This document shows positions 43,407 to 53,342 of a stretch of DNA of 64,000 nt, one piece after another (positions within the stretch are counted from its first letter, which is position 1; each line of letters opens with the position of its first letter). A program made the position numbers and the translations under genes. Source of the stretch: an uncultured Pseudomonadota bacterium (GTDB lineage: Bacteria > Pseudomonadota > Gammaproteobacteria > Burkholderiales > JALYOK01); assembly GCA_963840785.1 (NCBI GenBank), contig CAWJAF010000003.1, forward strand, positions 430,125 through 494,124, given 5' to 3'. A model generated the notes under the pieces. It worked only from the letters and a program-made list of their open reading frames with translations, was not told the origin of the DNA and searched no databases.

Positions 43407-46140
43407 TCAGATTTTCACTTCAAATCGGAGAAAGTCAGCTAACCGCTTCGATTCCGCAACTTCGTCATGCGGCAATAGCAGGTACTTCCAAGGTTTCGAT
43501 CCGACTTCGACAGCGTGCGCAGAAGCATGTTTACACCAACGCACTGCCGCACCAGCCTTTGCTTGAACTTCTTGAGCGTCAATGTCGGCGCGGGACTTGG
43601 TTTCCACCATAAAAATGACCGAGTCCGTTTCGGCAACAAAGTCAGGAACGTACTCCGGTTGCTCAGTCCCTAGCTTGTAGTAAATTTGGAACTGCCCCTT
43701 CGCGGGTTTAAACCACTTCAGCGCATCGCGCTCGAGGATGATGCAAAAACGGCGTTCAGTATCTGAATCAAATTTCTGCTCATTGTGCAGGCAGCGTTGA
43801 AATCCCCCAAACAGCATCTGCTTGATGCGGCCTGTATCCACCACGGTTTCGCGGAAGTGTTGAAGCGACTGTCCTTCGGTGACGGTATAAGTCGGGCGTT
43901 TAATCGCGGTAAATCCACGGATCACATTCACTGTATACGCGGTCGCCTTTTCCCAGAAATGCGCCATCATTTGTGCGTGAATCTCCTTAGCGATCAGACG
44001 GCGCTCGCGATCCAGCACGTTGCGGGCATCCTCTTCGGAGAGGTAGCCGAGCAAGTGCCGCACCATTTGGCCCGCAAGGTCGTAGAGCAAATCGGCATGC
44101 GTGAAGTAGTCGACGTCATCGAAATCCACCAAAGCATGGACAATGTAGTCTTCCAGACGAGCTTCTTTCAAACCGGCTTGCGACGACAAAGAAAATTGCT
44201 CATTGGTGCGCAGCATTTGCCCGACAATCTCGCGTTCGCCGGGCTGCAAGTGCAGTTGAGCAACATCCAATTTGAACGGATGAAAGCCCGTTGTGACCTC
44301 GCCCGTCGGAACAACCGTAATTTGAGGGATACCGATGGTCTGCTGAACGGCGATCTCCGTGGTCTTGGCGACCACAGCGGCCAGATCAAACTTTATCGCG
44401 CCATCATCAACACCGGCGAGCAAGTTGCCTTGCAGCGGTTTCAGCCGTTCGGTAACCTCGGCCAAGATCTGACGTTGAACCTCGGGGCTGAGCAGCGCGC
44501 TGCTGGTTGGCGCCAAATCGCGCTTGACCTCATACTGTCCAATAACCTCCATCACGACGCGTGCCGCATTCCGTTCTGAATCAGTAGTGAAAATGGGCGC
44601 GTGTTAGCGCCGCTCGACCAATTGCGGGAGTTGCGCTGGGGCTGAGGTCTGGCGCATCCGTCAATCCCAGGCGAGCCATTGCGACGAGCCAACCTGCACG
44701 CTGATCTTCCTGTCGTCAGCGCTCGGTGCATCGAGGATGACTTGCTTCAAGCGAATCGGCGAATCCGCGCGATTGGCTTCATCAATGATCTCCTGAAACT
44801 TGTCGTGGGCGACGATATTCAGGCGATCGACCGCTGCGACACCCGTTCGCTTGCCATAGGGCAGACGCAGGCCGCGACCAATCGACTGCTCGATCAACGT
44901 GCGCGCATTGGCCGCGCGCAGCGGCACGATGGTGTAAAGATTGGTGACGTCCCAGCCTTCCTTGAGCATGTTGACGTGAATCACAATCTCGGTCGGCTCG
45001 TCCACACTTTCCACGGCCAGCAAGCGGCTGATCATTTCCTCCTCTTCCGCGCCGGTGCGGCTGGAGTCCACCTGAATTACCTTGCCCTGGTAACGTCCCT
45101 CGAAAAACGCTTTCGACTCCAGCAGTGCCAACAGTTGCCCCGCGTGTGTCGTGTCGCGTGCAATAATCAGCATGAATGGTTTCACGATAGGCACACCATT
45201 CTCGCGGGCATAAGTTAGCAGTTCCACCTTAGTGGTCTCATGCAGGCGAACACCGTCCTCCAGTTTGGTCTTTTCGATCTCTTCCTGCGGGTGGGCTTTA
45301 GCATCGAAGTTGCGCTGGGTGACGACCGCAGGCTCTTTCACGAAACCATCGTCCATCGCCAGCGCCAGCGGGTAGTCCATGACCACGTTCTTGAATGGCA
45401 CGGTCTTTCCGCTGCCAGCTTCTACAAATGGCGTGGCAGTAAGTTCCAGACCAAACAGCGGCTTCAAATCATTGATCGAGCGCACACCAGCGCTGGCGCG
45501 GTAGCGGTGCGATTCATCCATTAGCAGAACGAGGTCCGACAGGTTGGCAAGGTAGTTAAAATAACTATCTCCCAACACCTCGCGCATGCGTTTGATTCGT
45601 GGCTCCTTACCGCCACGCACTTCGGAGTTGATCTTCGAGATATTAAAAATATTGATCGTGACGGGACTCAACAGTCCCAGCGCGCTGCCGCGCTGTTCAT
45701 AAGTTATCTCCGGTAATTATCTCGGGTGATTGCTGTGCAAACTCTCCGATTCCTTTGAAGACATACTTAGGCGTATTCGGCGTAAAATCGGCGATGAGTT
45801 TGTTGTAGATCGTCAGATTTGGTGCGAGCACGAAGAAGTTGTTGACGCCGTATGCAAGATGCAAATAAGAGATAAACGCGCCCATTAGGCGGGTCTTGCC
45901 CACGCCGGTAGCCAGCGCAAAGCATAGCGATGGAAACTCCCGCTCAAAGTCTGACAGTGCGGGAAATTTCGTGGCCAATGAAGTAGTCATCTCCGCCAGT
46001 TCTTCTGCCGATCGGGCATTAGGGTCGCGCAATGCGGGGACGGATTCAAGGGCGCTATGCAGGCACTCCAGACTCGCCGCTTGCGGTGCACGCAGGCTTA
46101 ACCGCCCAACAATAGAGCGCACAACATTTTCTCGGCTCAT
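43407..46140 (-). CDS. res: Type III restriction endonuclease Res subunit (frameshifted)
   Basis: LATGVGKT, MDESH, LTAT, LKEGWD, EQSIGRGLR, C-terminal YVPDF...VETK. Confidence 0.9.
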
Positions 46141-47396
46141 GCCTTTTCTTCCTTCTTTTTTCGCCTTGCTGCCTTGGCTTTCTGGGGATCTATTAATCTC
46201 CTTTTAGCTGTTGGTTCTGGCATCAATTGCCGCAACTCGCGCTGAATTTCTCGTTCCAGCTCTTCTTCCGTTGGTAGGTAGAGTTGATAGCGGCTGGTGA
46301 AGATGTTGCGCTTAAGTTGCTCGCCCAACGTGTACTTCACCACCGCATCGTTCTTGCTTGGACACAAGATCAATCCGATAGATGGGTTGTCGCCCTTGGT
46401 ACGCCGCTCCCGGTCAAAATAATTCACGTAGAACTGAATCTGTCCCAAGTCGGCGTGTGTCAACTTACCAACTTTCAAATCAATCAGTACAAAGCATTTC
46501 AATATCGTGTGGTAGAACACCAGGTCAATATAAAAATGATCGCCATCGAGCGTAATGCGTTCCTGCCGCGATACAAAGGCAAAGCCCTTACCCAGCTCCT
46601 GCAGGAAGGTTTGCAGGTTACCGATAAGCGCTTGTTCCAGTTTTGATTCCACCAGACGCGGTGAGGTGGGCAGGCCAAGAAACTCGAGCACCACTGGGTC
46701 TTTCAAAATATCGATAGGTCGCGAAACTTCGTGCCCGTGAACAGCCAAGCGCATCATTCCTTTCTTGTCGCGGCTTTTTGCCAGTCGATCAAATAATAGG
46801 CTGTTGATCTGGCGCTCCAGTTCGCGTGCAGACCAGGCATTGTTCACAGCCTCAACTTCATAAAATCCTCGCGCCTCGATGCGGCCAACGCGCAACAGTG
46901 TGCGATAGTGCGTCCAAGATAGATTGGGGTTTAATTCACCTGGGCACCAAGCTTTTCCGCTAGTGGCAAAATTCATTTGCGGCAGAATCATGAGGGCATC
47001 TGAATTCCGACGCACTGCGTCGGAATTTCCTACTGCTATGAGCTTGCTGCCGGATTCCCGACGCACCGTGTCGGAAATTGCGTCCGGTAACAGGCTGGGG
47101 TACTCCAGATACAAACGGCGACACAGCTCAAGATTGTCCACCCCATAGCCGGAACCAAAGTCAGACTTCAATCGTGCGGCCAATTCGGCCAGCAACTCAG
47201 CGCCATAGCCCGCACGTTTGCGTCCTGCCTGTTCTTCTTCAACAATCTCCCGCCCTATAAGCCAATTGGCAATCACCTGGGTTGTGTTCACCGTGCGAGC
47301 GACATTCACGCGCGCGGATTCGAGAATCACTCGAATCCGATCAAAAAGTGGCGCAGGTTTGGTAGCCGGCTTTTTTACCTTGGTTACCATGCTCAA
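46137..47396 (-). CDS. DUF1016/YhcG PD-(D/E)xK nuclease family protein
   Basis: LSWTHY, WSARELERQI, KDP..LEFL, ELGKGF, IDL.FYH, IDLK, GQIQFY. Confidence 0.92.
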   Translation of the reverse strand: MSMVTKVKKPATKPAPLFDRIRVILESARVNVARTVNTTQVIANWLIGREIVEEEQAGRKRAGYGAELLAELAARLKSDFGSGYGVDNLELCRRLYLEYPSLLPDAISDTVRRESGSKLIAVGNSDAVRRNSDALMILPQMNFATSGKAWCPGELNPNLSWTHYRTLLRVGRIEARGFYEVEAVNNAWSARELERQINSLLFDRLAKSRDKKGMMRLAVHGHEVSRPIDILKDPVVLEFLGLPTSPRLVESKLEQALIGNLQTFLQELGKGFAFVSRQERITLDGDHFYIDLVFYHTILKCFVLIDLKVGKLTHADLGQIQFYVNYFDRERRTKGDNPSIGLILCPSKNDAVVKYTLGEQLKRNIFTSRYQLYLPTEEELEREIQRELRQLMPEPTAKRRLIDPQKAKAARRKKKEEKA

Positions 47397-49109
47397 TCCT
47401 TATCCTCAAACAAGCCGCGCTGCGCAGTATTAACTCCGCGCGCTTTTTTCCTAACGCCCGCCACCATAGTACCCTCTCCCTCTGGGAGAGGGTTAGGGTG
47501 AGGGTCGGGGCGAGGAGCCGCCATCGGCAAATTCGCCACGTTCAGACTATAGTCGTCGTGGCCCCATTCGCAGCGAGCCAATACCATCTTGGGAATTTTC
47601 TTCAGCGTCAGATTTGGCCACCGCTCGGCCGCCTTGCCAACCGTTACGCCGTGGAATGCCGCGCAGCAAACCATCAGACTCTGCATGCTTCCAACCTCAT
47701 CCGACAACGCCTGCAACTGCTCCGCCGAAAGGTTCTGCGTGGTGACGTAAGATGAAATCGCGCTCGCTGGAATGCCCGTGCTGCCACCACTGCGTTTCGG
47801 AAGGCGCGTAGGTAAAGCCTTCCAGCTTGCACAGCGCCTCGGCGAGATGCGAGGCGTTGTACTCGGGATTGATGACCGGGTTGCCCCAGCGGTCATTGAC
47901 GATCAGGCTGGGCGCAAGCTTGTAGTAGCGGAAACCGCCGCCGCCTTGCCAATTCACTGCCTTGCTGATGCCGCCTTGGTCTTCACCGTCGATGACCTTT
48001 TGCAGGCGCGGAATGATATGAGTGTGGCAGTGGTCTCCCAGTTCGACCATGATCCAGCGGCGGCCCATTTTGTGCGCGACTGCGCCGGTGGTGCCGGAAC
48101 CGGCGAAGGAGTCAAGGACGAGGTCGTTGGGGTTGGTGGCGATGTTCAAGTACACGCCTTAGCAGACGTTCGGGCTTTGGCGTATCAAATGCATTTGCCT
48201 TGCCAAATAGCGCATGGATTTCTTTCTTTGACTCATCTGTATGTCCAACCTCCTCGTGTGGCCACCACGTTCACGGCACCAACCCTTCAATTTCTGAAAA
48301 TAGCGATTTAGACGCGGGCACCGATTCTCCATTCTTGCCAAACCAATACTTTGCCCTCAGCAACCAGCCCCAGACACTTGGTTCTAGAGCCGACCAGTGC
48401 CGTCCTTCTGGCGGGTAAATTGTCTTGCCACTTGGAGTTTTAACTGGATACATGCTGGTTCGGACGTAGCTCCGCGCCTAGACACTGGATCGACACGCCA
48501 CGGGCCTCTGGGATCATTGTCTGGGATTTCTTATACGCTGAGCTGTCTTTGCGTCTGGCTCAACCGGTTTCGTACCGCTTTGAACCATTCCGCATTTATG
48601 GCATACAAATAATATAGTCGTGGACGTCCCCGATTGCCGAGTTGTTATCACGCGAGTATCGCTTTTGCCAAACAATGTTGCGCGACGAAATGACTTTCGC
48701 CCAAAAACCTCGTCCGCAAGACTTTCAGATATGCGCTTTCGTTATCATCAATCGTGATCCACAGCGAGCCGTCATCGGACAACAGCCGCCGGATGATCTC
48801 CAGCCGGTCTCGCATCAGCCCCAACCAAATCGAATGCTCCAGCCCATCATCGTAGTGGGTGAAGGCGCTGCCGGTGTTGTAAGGCGGGTCGATAAAAACG
48901 CATTTCACCTTGCCAGCAAACTCCGCCTCCAGCGCCTTGAGCGCCAGCAGGTTGTCGCCGAAGATCAGGCGGTTGTCAAAGATGTCGCCGTCCGAAACCC
49001 GGTGCTTCGCGTGGTAGGACTTCTCCGGGTCTTCCAGCAGGATGCGCGGCTCCAGCCTCGGCCGCTTTTCCTTGCCGATCCAGGTGAGTTCGAGTTTTTG
49101 TCGCGTCAT
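47393..49109 (-). CDS. mod: Type III adenine methyltransferase Mod subunit (frameshifted)
   Basis: KLELTWIGK, GDNLLALK, IDPPYNTG, TPKPE, LDSFAGSGTT. Confidence 0.9.
47472..47504. repeat. REP-like repeat inside the mod coding sequence
   Basis: CCCTCTCCCTCTGGGAGAGGGTTAGGGTGAGGG, read as PHPNPLPEGEG. Confidence 0.75.
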
Positions 49110-50872
49110 TTCTTTTCTGCGACTTTACTTTGACGCCTTAAACTTTCAACGGCAGCCTTGATTGCATCCGAATCAGAAGACTTTTCCCCCCATTCACGCC
49201 AGAAGTTTTTGGTAAGGCTCAGTGGCGTCGCCTTTGGTTTGTCTAGCTTGATCCGTGACGGAAGTAGGATTGAATCGCCTAGCACGATTGCCTCTCCAAT
49301 ATCAAGAAGAGGCAATACATCCGCAATACCCGCCATGCTATCCGGCATTACCGACTTCACTGCAGATTGATCTTGTTCATTAGTGAGCCTTAACGCGATG
49401 AAATTATTGCACTGGCTTAAGATTGTTTTACTGACATCTGACGGACGCTGACTTACTACGAGGAGTGCAAATCCGTACTTTCTACCTTCCTTTGCGATTC
49501 GTTCAAAGGTATCAAGTGCCCGTTTGGCTGCTGCATCAGCATCAGACCTAACGGGTAAGTAAAGATGCGCCTCATCGCAAACAAGGCAGACAGGCGTACG
49601 CGAGTCAGCATGCATCCAGAATTGAACGTCATATAGGACTCGAGCCAAGACGCTAACCACTGTAGGCAGAACATCAGAAGGAACCTCTGAAAAATCGACC
49701 ACCTTTATTCCGGAACGTGAAGTTGACCTTGTAGATAGGAACGTCTCGGCCAAACTCTGCAGCCAATCATATGACCCGGTATTTGACGGCGGCTGAAATA
49801 GAAAACCATATCGTCGATCTTTAGTCTTCGCCTCTAATCTGCTTATGAATCTCGTAAGTTTGCCGTGCCACGGTCCCTGCTTGTCTCGGCCTGTGCTACC
49901 TGTGACCATTTCCTGATCATCTTCCGACAAACTATCCCTTACCGCCTTAAGATCATAGGGAATCGGCGAATCCACGGTAAAGGAGGCAAGAACCTCTGTC
50001 AGTTTCAGGTCTTCAAGCGACTTTCTTTTTTGGTCCGCGACCGCACTCGTAAACCGCATCGCTTGATTCGGTGCATTGTCATCGCTACGATCAAGCAGCA
50101 TCGAAAGCATTTCTTCTCGATTAAGAAGCCAATGAGGCAAAAATAGACTGTTAGGTTTTGGGATTGCAAGATCGCCCGGCCCGGCAATCTTTAAGTATTC
50201 CGCATATCCATTAGTCAGGTCTTTCGCCAGTGATGCGTACTCTCCATGCATGTCGAGAAGGACAATATTTGGATAACTTAGCGTATTCGCCCTCTCAAGA
50301 AGCGCAGCAACTGTATAACTTTTTCCGCTGCCCGTGCTCCCGAGAATGGCAGCGTGTCGCTGAAAAAATCTATCGCCGTCCGCGACCGCCTCAGCGCTCG
50401 GATCAATAGCAAAATGTCCTAAACGCAGCGCTTTGTCCGCAGGAACGTCTTGTGACAATACTCCCATAAATGCCGTTAGATTGGCCCCTTGAATAAGATG
50501 ACATGCTTGATCAATCTGAGGACACGAATCGGCCCCTCGTTTGAATGACGGGCCGGAGTCTCCATCTTTCACGCGGTAAGTTCCTACTAATACCGCACGT
50601 ATGGTGTCGAGCATCTCTTCTGGTTTGGGTGATGTTTCATCATCCAACACTTCGCTGGTGAGAATTGCGTCGGACGGTAACCTGGTGATTCGTTCGACAA
50701 TAGAAATCAGGTATTGATGGCCGGTGGCACCTTGGATCGCGATTAGATTACCTACCATCACTTTTTTGAGCAATTCGTGATCATCGATATGAATGAAGAC
50801 GCGCATCGTGTCCACAGACATAACACGCCCCATTGGGCTTTCTGCTTCAAAAGACATTACGGCTGAAGTCAT
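49106..50872 (-). CDS. herA: HerA-family ATPase (Sir2-HerA defence system)
   Basis: HAAILGSTGSGKS, D.HGEY, DEAH, AKEGRKYG, SQRP. Confidence 0.92.
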   Translation of the reverse strand: MTSAVMSFEAESPMGRVMSVDTMRVFIHIDDHELLKKVMVGNLIAIQGATGHQYLISIVERITRLPSDAILTSEVLDDETSPKPEEMLDTIRAVLVGTYRVKDGDSGPSFKRGADSCPQIDQACHLIQGANLTAFMGVLSQDVPADKALRLGHFAIDPSAEAVADGDRFFQRHAAILGSTGSGKSYTVAALLERANTLSYPNIVLLDMHGEYASLAKDLTNGYAEYLKIAGPGDLAIPKPNSLFLPHWLLNREEMLSMLLDRSDDNAPNQAMRFTSAVADQKRKSLEDLKLTEVLASFTVDSPIPYDLKAVRDSLSEDDQEMVTGSTGRDKQGPWHGKLTRFISRLEAKTKDRRYGFLFQPPSNTGSYDWLQSLAETFLSTRSTSRSGIKVVDFSEVPSDVLPTVVSVLARVLYDVQFWMHADSRTPVCLVCDEAHLYLPVRSDADAAAKRALDTFERIAKEGRKYGFALLVVSQRPSDVSKTILSQCNNFIALRLTNEQDQSAVKSVMPDSMAGIADVLPLLDIGEAIVLGDSILLPSRIKLDKPKATPLSLTKNFWREWGEKSSDSDAIKAAVESLRRQSKVAEKK

Positions 50873-51912
50873 GAAATAACTCCTTTATTAAATCCTTCGA
50901 GATGCCAAAGTTGTTCATCAACTATCAGCTCTTCTCCACTTGAAGTGGTTATACGCGTTTTAAGATCGGATTCCGAAACAGCGCATAGGGCAATGACCTG
51001 AACTCCGCTGCTACTTGCGATGGCCTTTCGGGCATTATCTGAAAGTTGCTTCGCTATGATTACCGTAGGTTTCGTGAGTTTGAGGTCGGGACAAAGATGT
51101 TGCTCCAAATGATCATCATGAAAACCGTAACCGATGAACATCAAACGAGTGGCATTAGCGACAATTCGATTTCCAGATGTCCGCTGATCATCGAACGCCC
51201 AGCGAAAGCTCTCTCTGTACTTACTTGCTCCGGGCGTAATAATGATTGGAGTCTTCCCTGTATTTATTGGGCATCTGACCACTTGTCCTCCTACATCGAA
51301 CCAATCCAGGCTGCCGTGCGGTTTGTACACACACAGGTTAGCGACTGTTCGAAACATCGCATTTCTTCCTGCCATGTACGATTCCCGATGAGAGTCCGAG
51401 GATCTTTTTGGGTCAGAATGACCAATAAGTTGTCCCACGAAACGGGTATCCACTCCAATGCCAGCCGCTTCTGTTGCAAGTTCAATTAGTCGGTCGTAGT
51501 TTGGGGTAATGAGGTGAAACTTTTTTCCTGCCTTAAAGAGGTGTTTAGCAAAGGTTGTGAAGGGTAGAGTTCTCGTTCCCGAAATCACGCGGGAAAGCAC
51601 CTCCAATTCCTTTTCAAGTATGAAACGCGCTGTAGCTTCGACAATTGCATCGACAGTTGTCGCTTTCAGGTTCACCTTACCCATTGCCCCTTCGAGATGA
51701 TCACCGGCATTTAGTGCTGCCACCATTTCATTCCACGCCGTATCGGGCGCAGTGGCCAAACGAGGAGGAATGACGACCAAAAGATGCTTGGCAAGTGGCA
51801 ACATGCCCGGTATTCCCTCAGCGATTGACAAGCCTGTTCCGACAACAAGAAGTAGACCTTCTTGAAGGTGATCCTGCAACAGCCGCTTAACTTCTGTTAG
51901 TTCTAGAGCCAC
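50869..51912 (-). CDS. SIR2-like protein (putative NADase)
   Basis: VGTGLS..GIP, ITPNYD, KPHGS, IGYGF.D.H. Confidence 0.88.
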   Translation of the reverse strand: MALELTEVKRLLQDHLQEGLLLVVGTGLSIAEGIPGMLPLAKHLLVVIPPRLATAPDTAWNEMVAALNAGDHLEGAMGKVNLKATTVDAIVEATARFILEKELEVLSRVISGTRTLPFTTFAKHLFKAGKKFHLITPNYDRLIELATEAAGIGVDTRFVGQLIGHSDPKRSSDSHRESYMAGRNAMFRTVANLCVYKPHGSLDWFDVGGQVVRCPINTGKTPIIITPGASKYRESFRWAFDDQRTSGNRIVANATRLMFIGYGFHDDHLEQHLCPDLKLTKPTVIIAKQLSDNARKAIASSSGVQVIALCAVSESDLKTRITTSSGEELIVDEQLWHLEGFNKGVIS

Positions 51913-51915
51913 GGA

Positions 51916-53206
51916 TCATCCTTCAACTGCGGTAGGTCCACTTAGCGCCCGTAGTTCTAGCCCCTCAATCTCCTGCAACGACTTCCCCGCAATCCCCTGC
52001 AAGTCCCCATACATCCCGACCGTCGCGCCCATCACCCGCTCAATCTGTTCTTCGCGCTTGGCCCATTGCTTCATGATGGCTTTTCTTTCCTTGTCGAGGT
52101 CTTCCTGCATGGTGGAAAACGCTTCGACGATGGCTTCCACGCGCTGGCGGAAGCGCGGGCCGGTGAGGTACTGGTAAACCATTTCCGTCTTGGTTTGCTG
52201 GCCTTCGGTAGACCTGCCGCGCAAGGGCAAGCTCCAGCAACGACTGGCGCAAAATCATCGCCACCGGCAATGCAGCGCGCGGATGCGTTACCCAGACGCC
52301 CTCTACCATTTCAAAGGTTTCAACGCCTTTCGGCAATACTCTGGCTCACGATCACAGCGATTTCTGCTTTCGCAGTGCGCTGATCATCGCGAAGTTTTGT
52401 CAGCCAGCCATCGCTCCAGTTCTTGGTGCGTTTGAACTCCCACAAAATGGTGCCGCTGGCCTGGCCGCCCGTGCCGACAACACGGTGCAGCACATCCCCG
52501 CCGAATTCGCCCTTGGGTACGGGCTCGATCGCATCGAAAGGAAATTTGGCTGCGCAACAGGTTTTCAAGCTCCAGTTCCTGCACTTCGCCCTGCAATTGT
52601 TGCGAGCCCTGTTCGGCCCGGCGCTTGAGGTCTTCGATCTGTTTCTGCATCGCGGCAATGGTCTGCTCCTTCTCCATCACTTTGAGTTTCTGTTCGTCCT
52701 CGGCTTCTTTTTTGGCTTGCTGGCGGGTAGCGTCGAGCCCTTCCTGCACCCGCTTTTCAACGGTGAGTTCCAGTTCACGCTTGGCATCATCCAGTTCGCG
52801 CTGTTTTTGATCAGTTCCGCTTGCGCCTTTTGCGCTTCGGCCAGTTTTTCTTCGCGCTGTTTCAGCACTTCCTGCAAGTCGGCGAGCTTCACGGGTTTTC
52901 TGTTCCAGATCGGTTGCAGCCGCCTGCTTGGCTTTTTTGGCTTCCTCCGCCGCGATTCTGGCGCGATCCTTTTTCAGTTGCTCCTCAACCTGATCGGCCA
53001 CTTGTTCATCGAGCTTGTTCTTGGCGTCGGCGAGTTGCTTTTCCTTTTCGCGCATGGCCTGTTCGCGCTGTGGCAATGTCGCTGTCTTTCTGCGCCAGTT
53101 GTTGCTCAAATTGCCTGCGGGTGGATTCGATCAGTGGCGCGGCCAGCGATTCGGTGAGCTTGATTTCCGTTTTGCAGTTCGGGCAGGTGATGGTGGGTTC
53201 GGTCAT
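51916..53206 (-). CDS. DUF2130 coiled-coil/nuclease-like protein (frameshifted)
   Basis: ITCPNC, coiled coil, SQQLQGEVQE, ILWEFKRTKNW, MYGDLQGIAG. Confidence 0.85.
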
Positions 53207-53342
53207 AGCTCGATTTCCTTGGTATTTTGTATGCCTGGCCGCTTGACTGCGCTAATGCCGATCAACGATCGCATTTTCGAAATGGGGATGGCATTCAACT
53301 GTGCGAGGTAATCCAGGGTTGATAGATCAGTATTGAATTTTT

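Noticed and set aside
46990-47085. Short internal repeats in DUF1016 (ISDTVRRES, NSDAVRRNSDA)
   Set aside because: They lie in the variable linker of this family and are too short to support a separate element.
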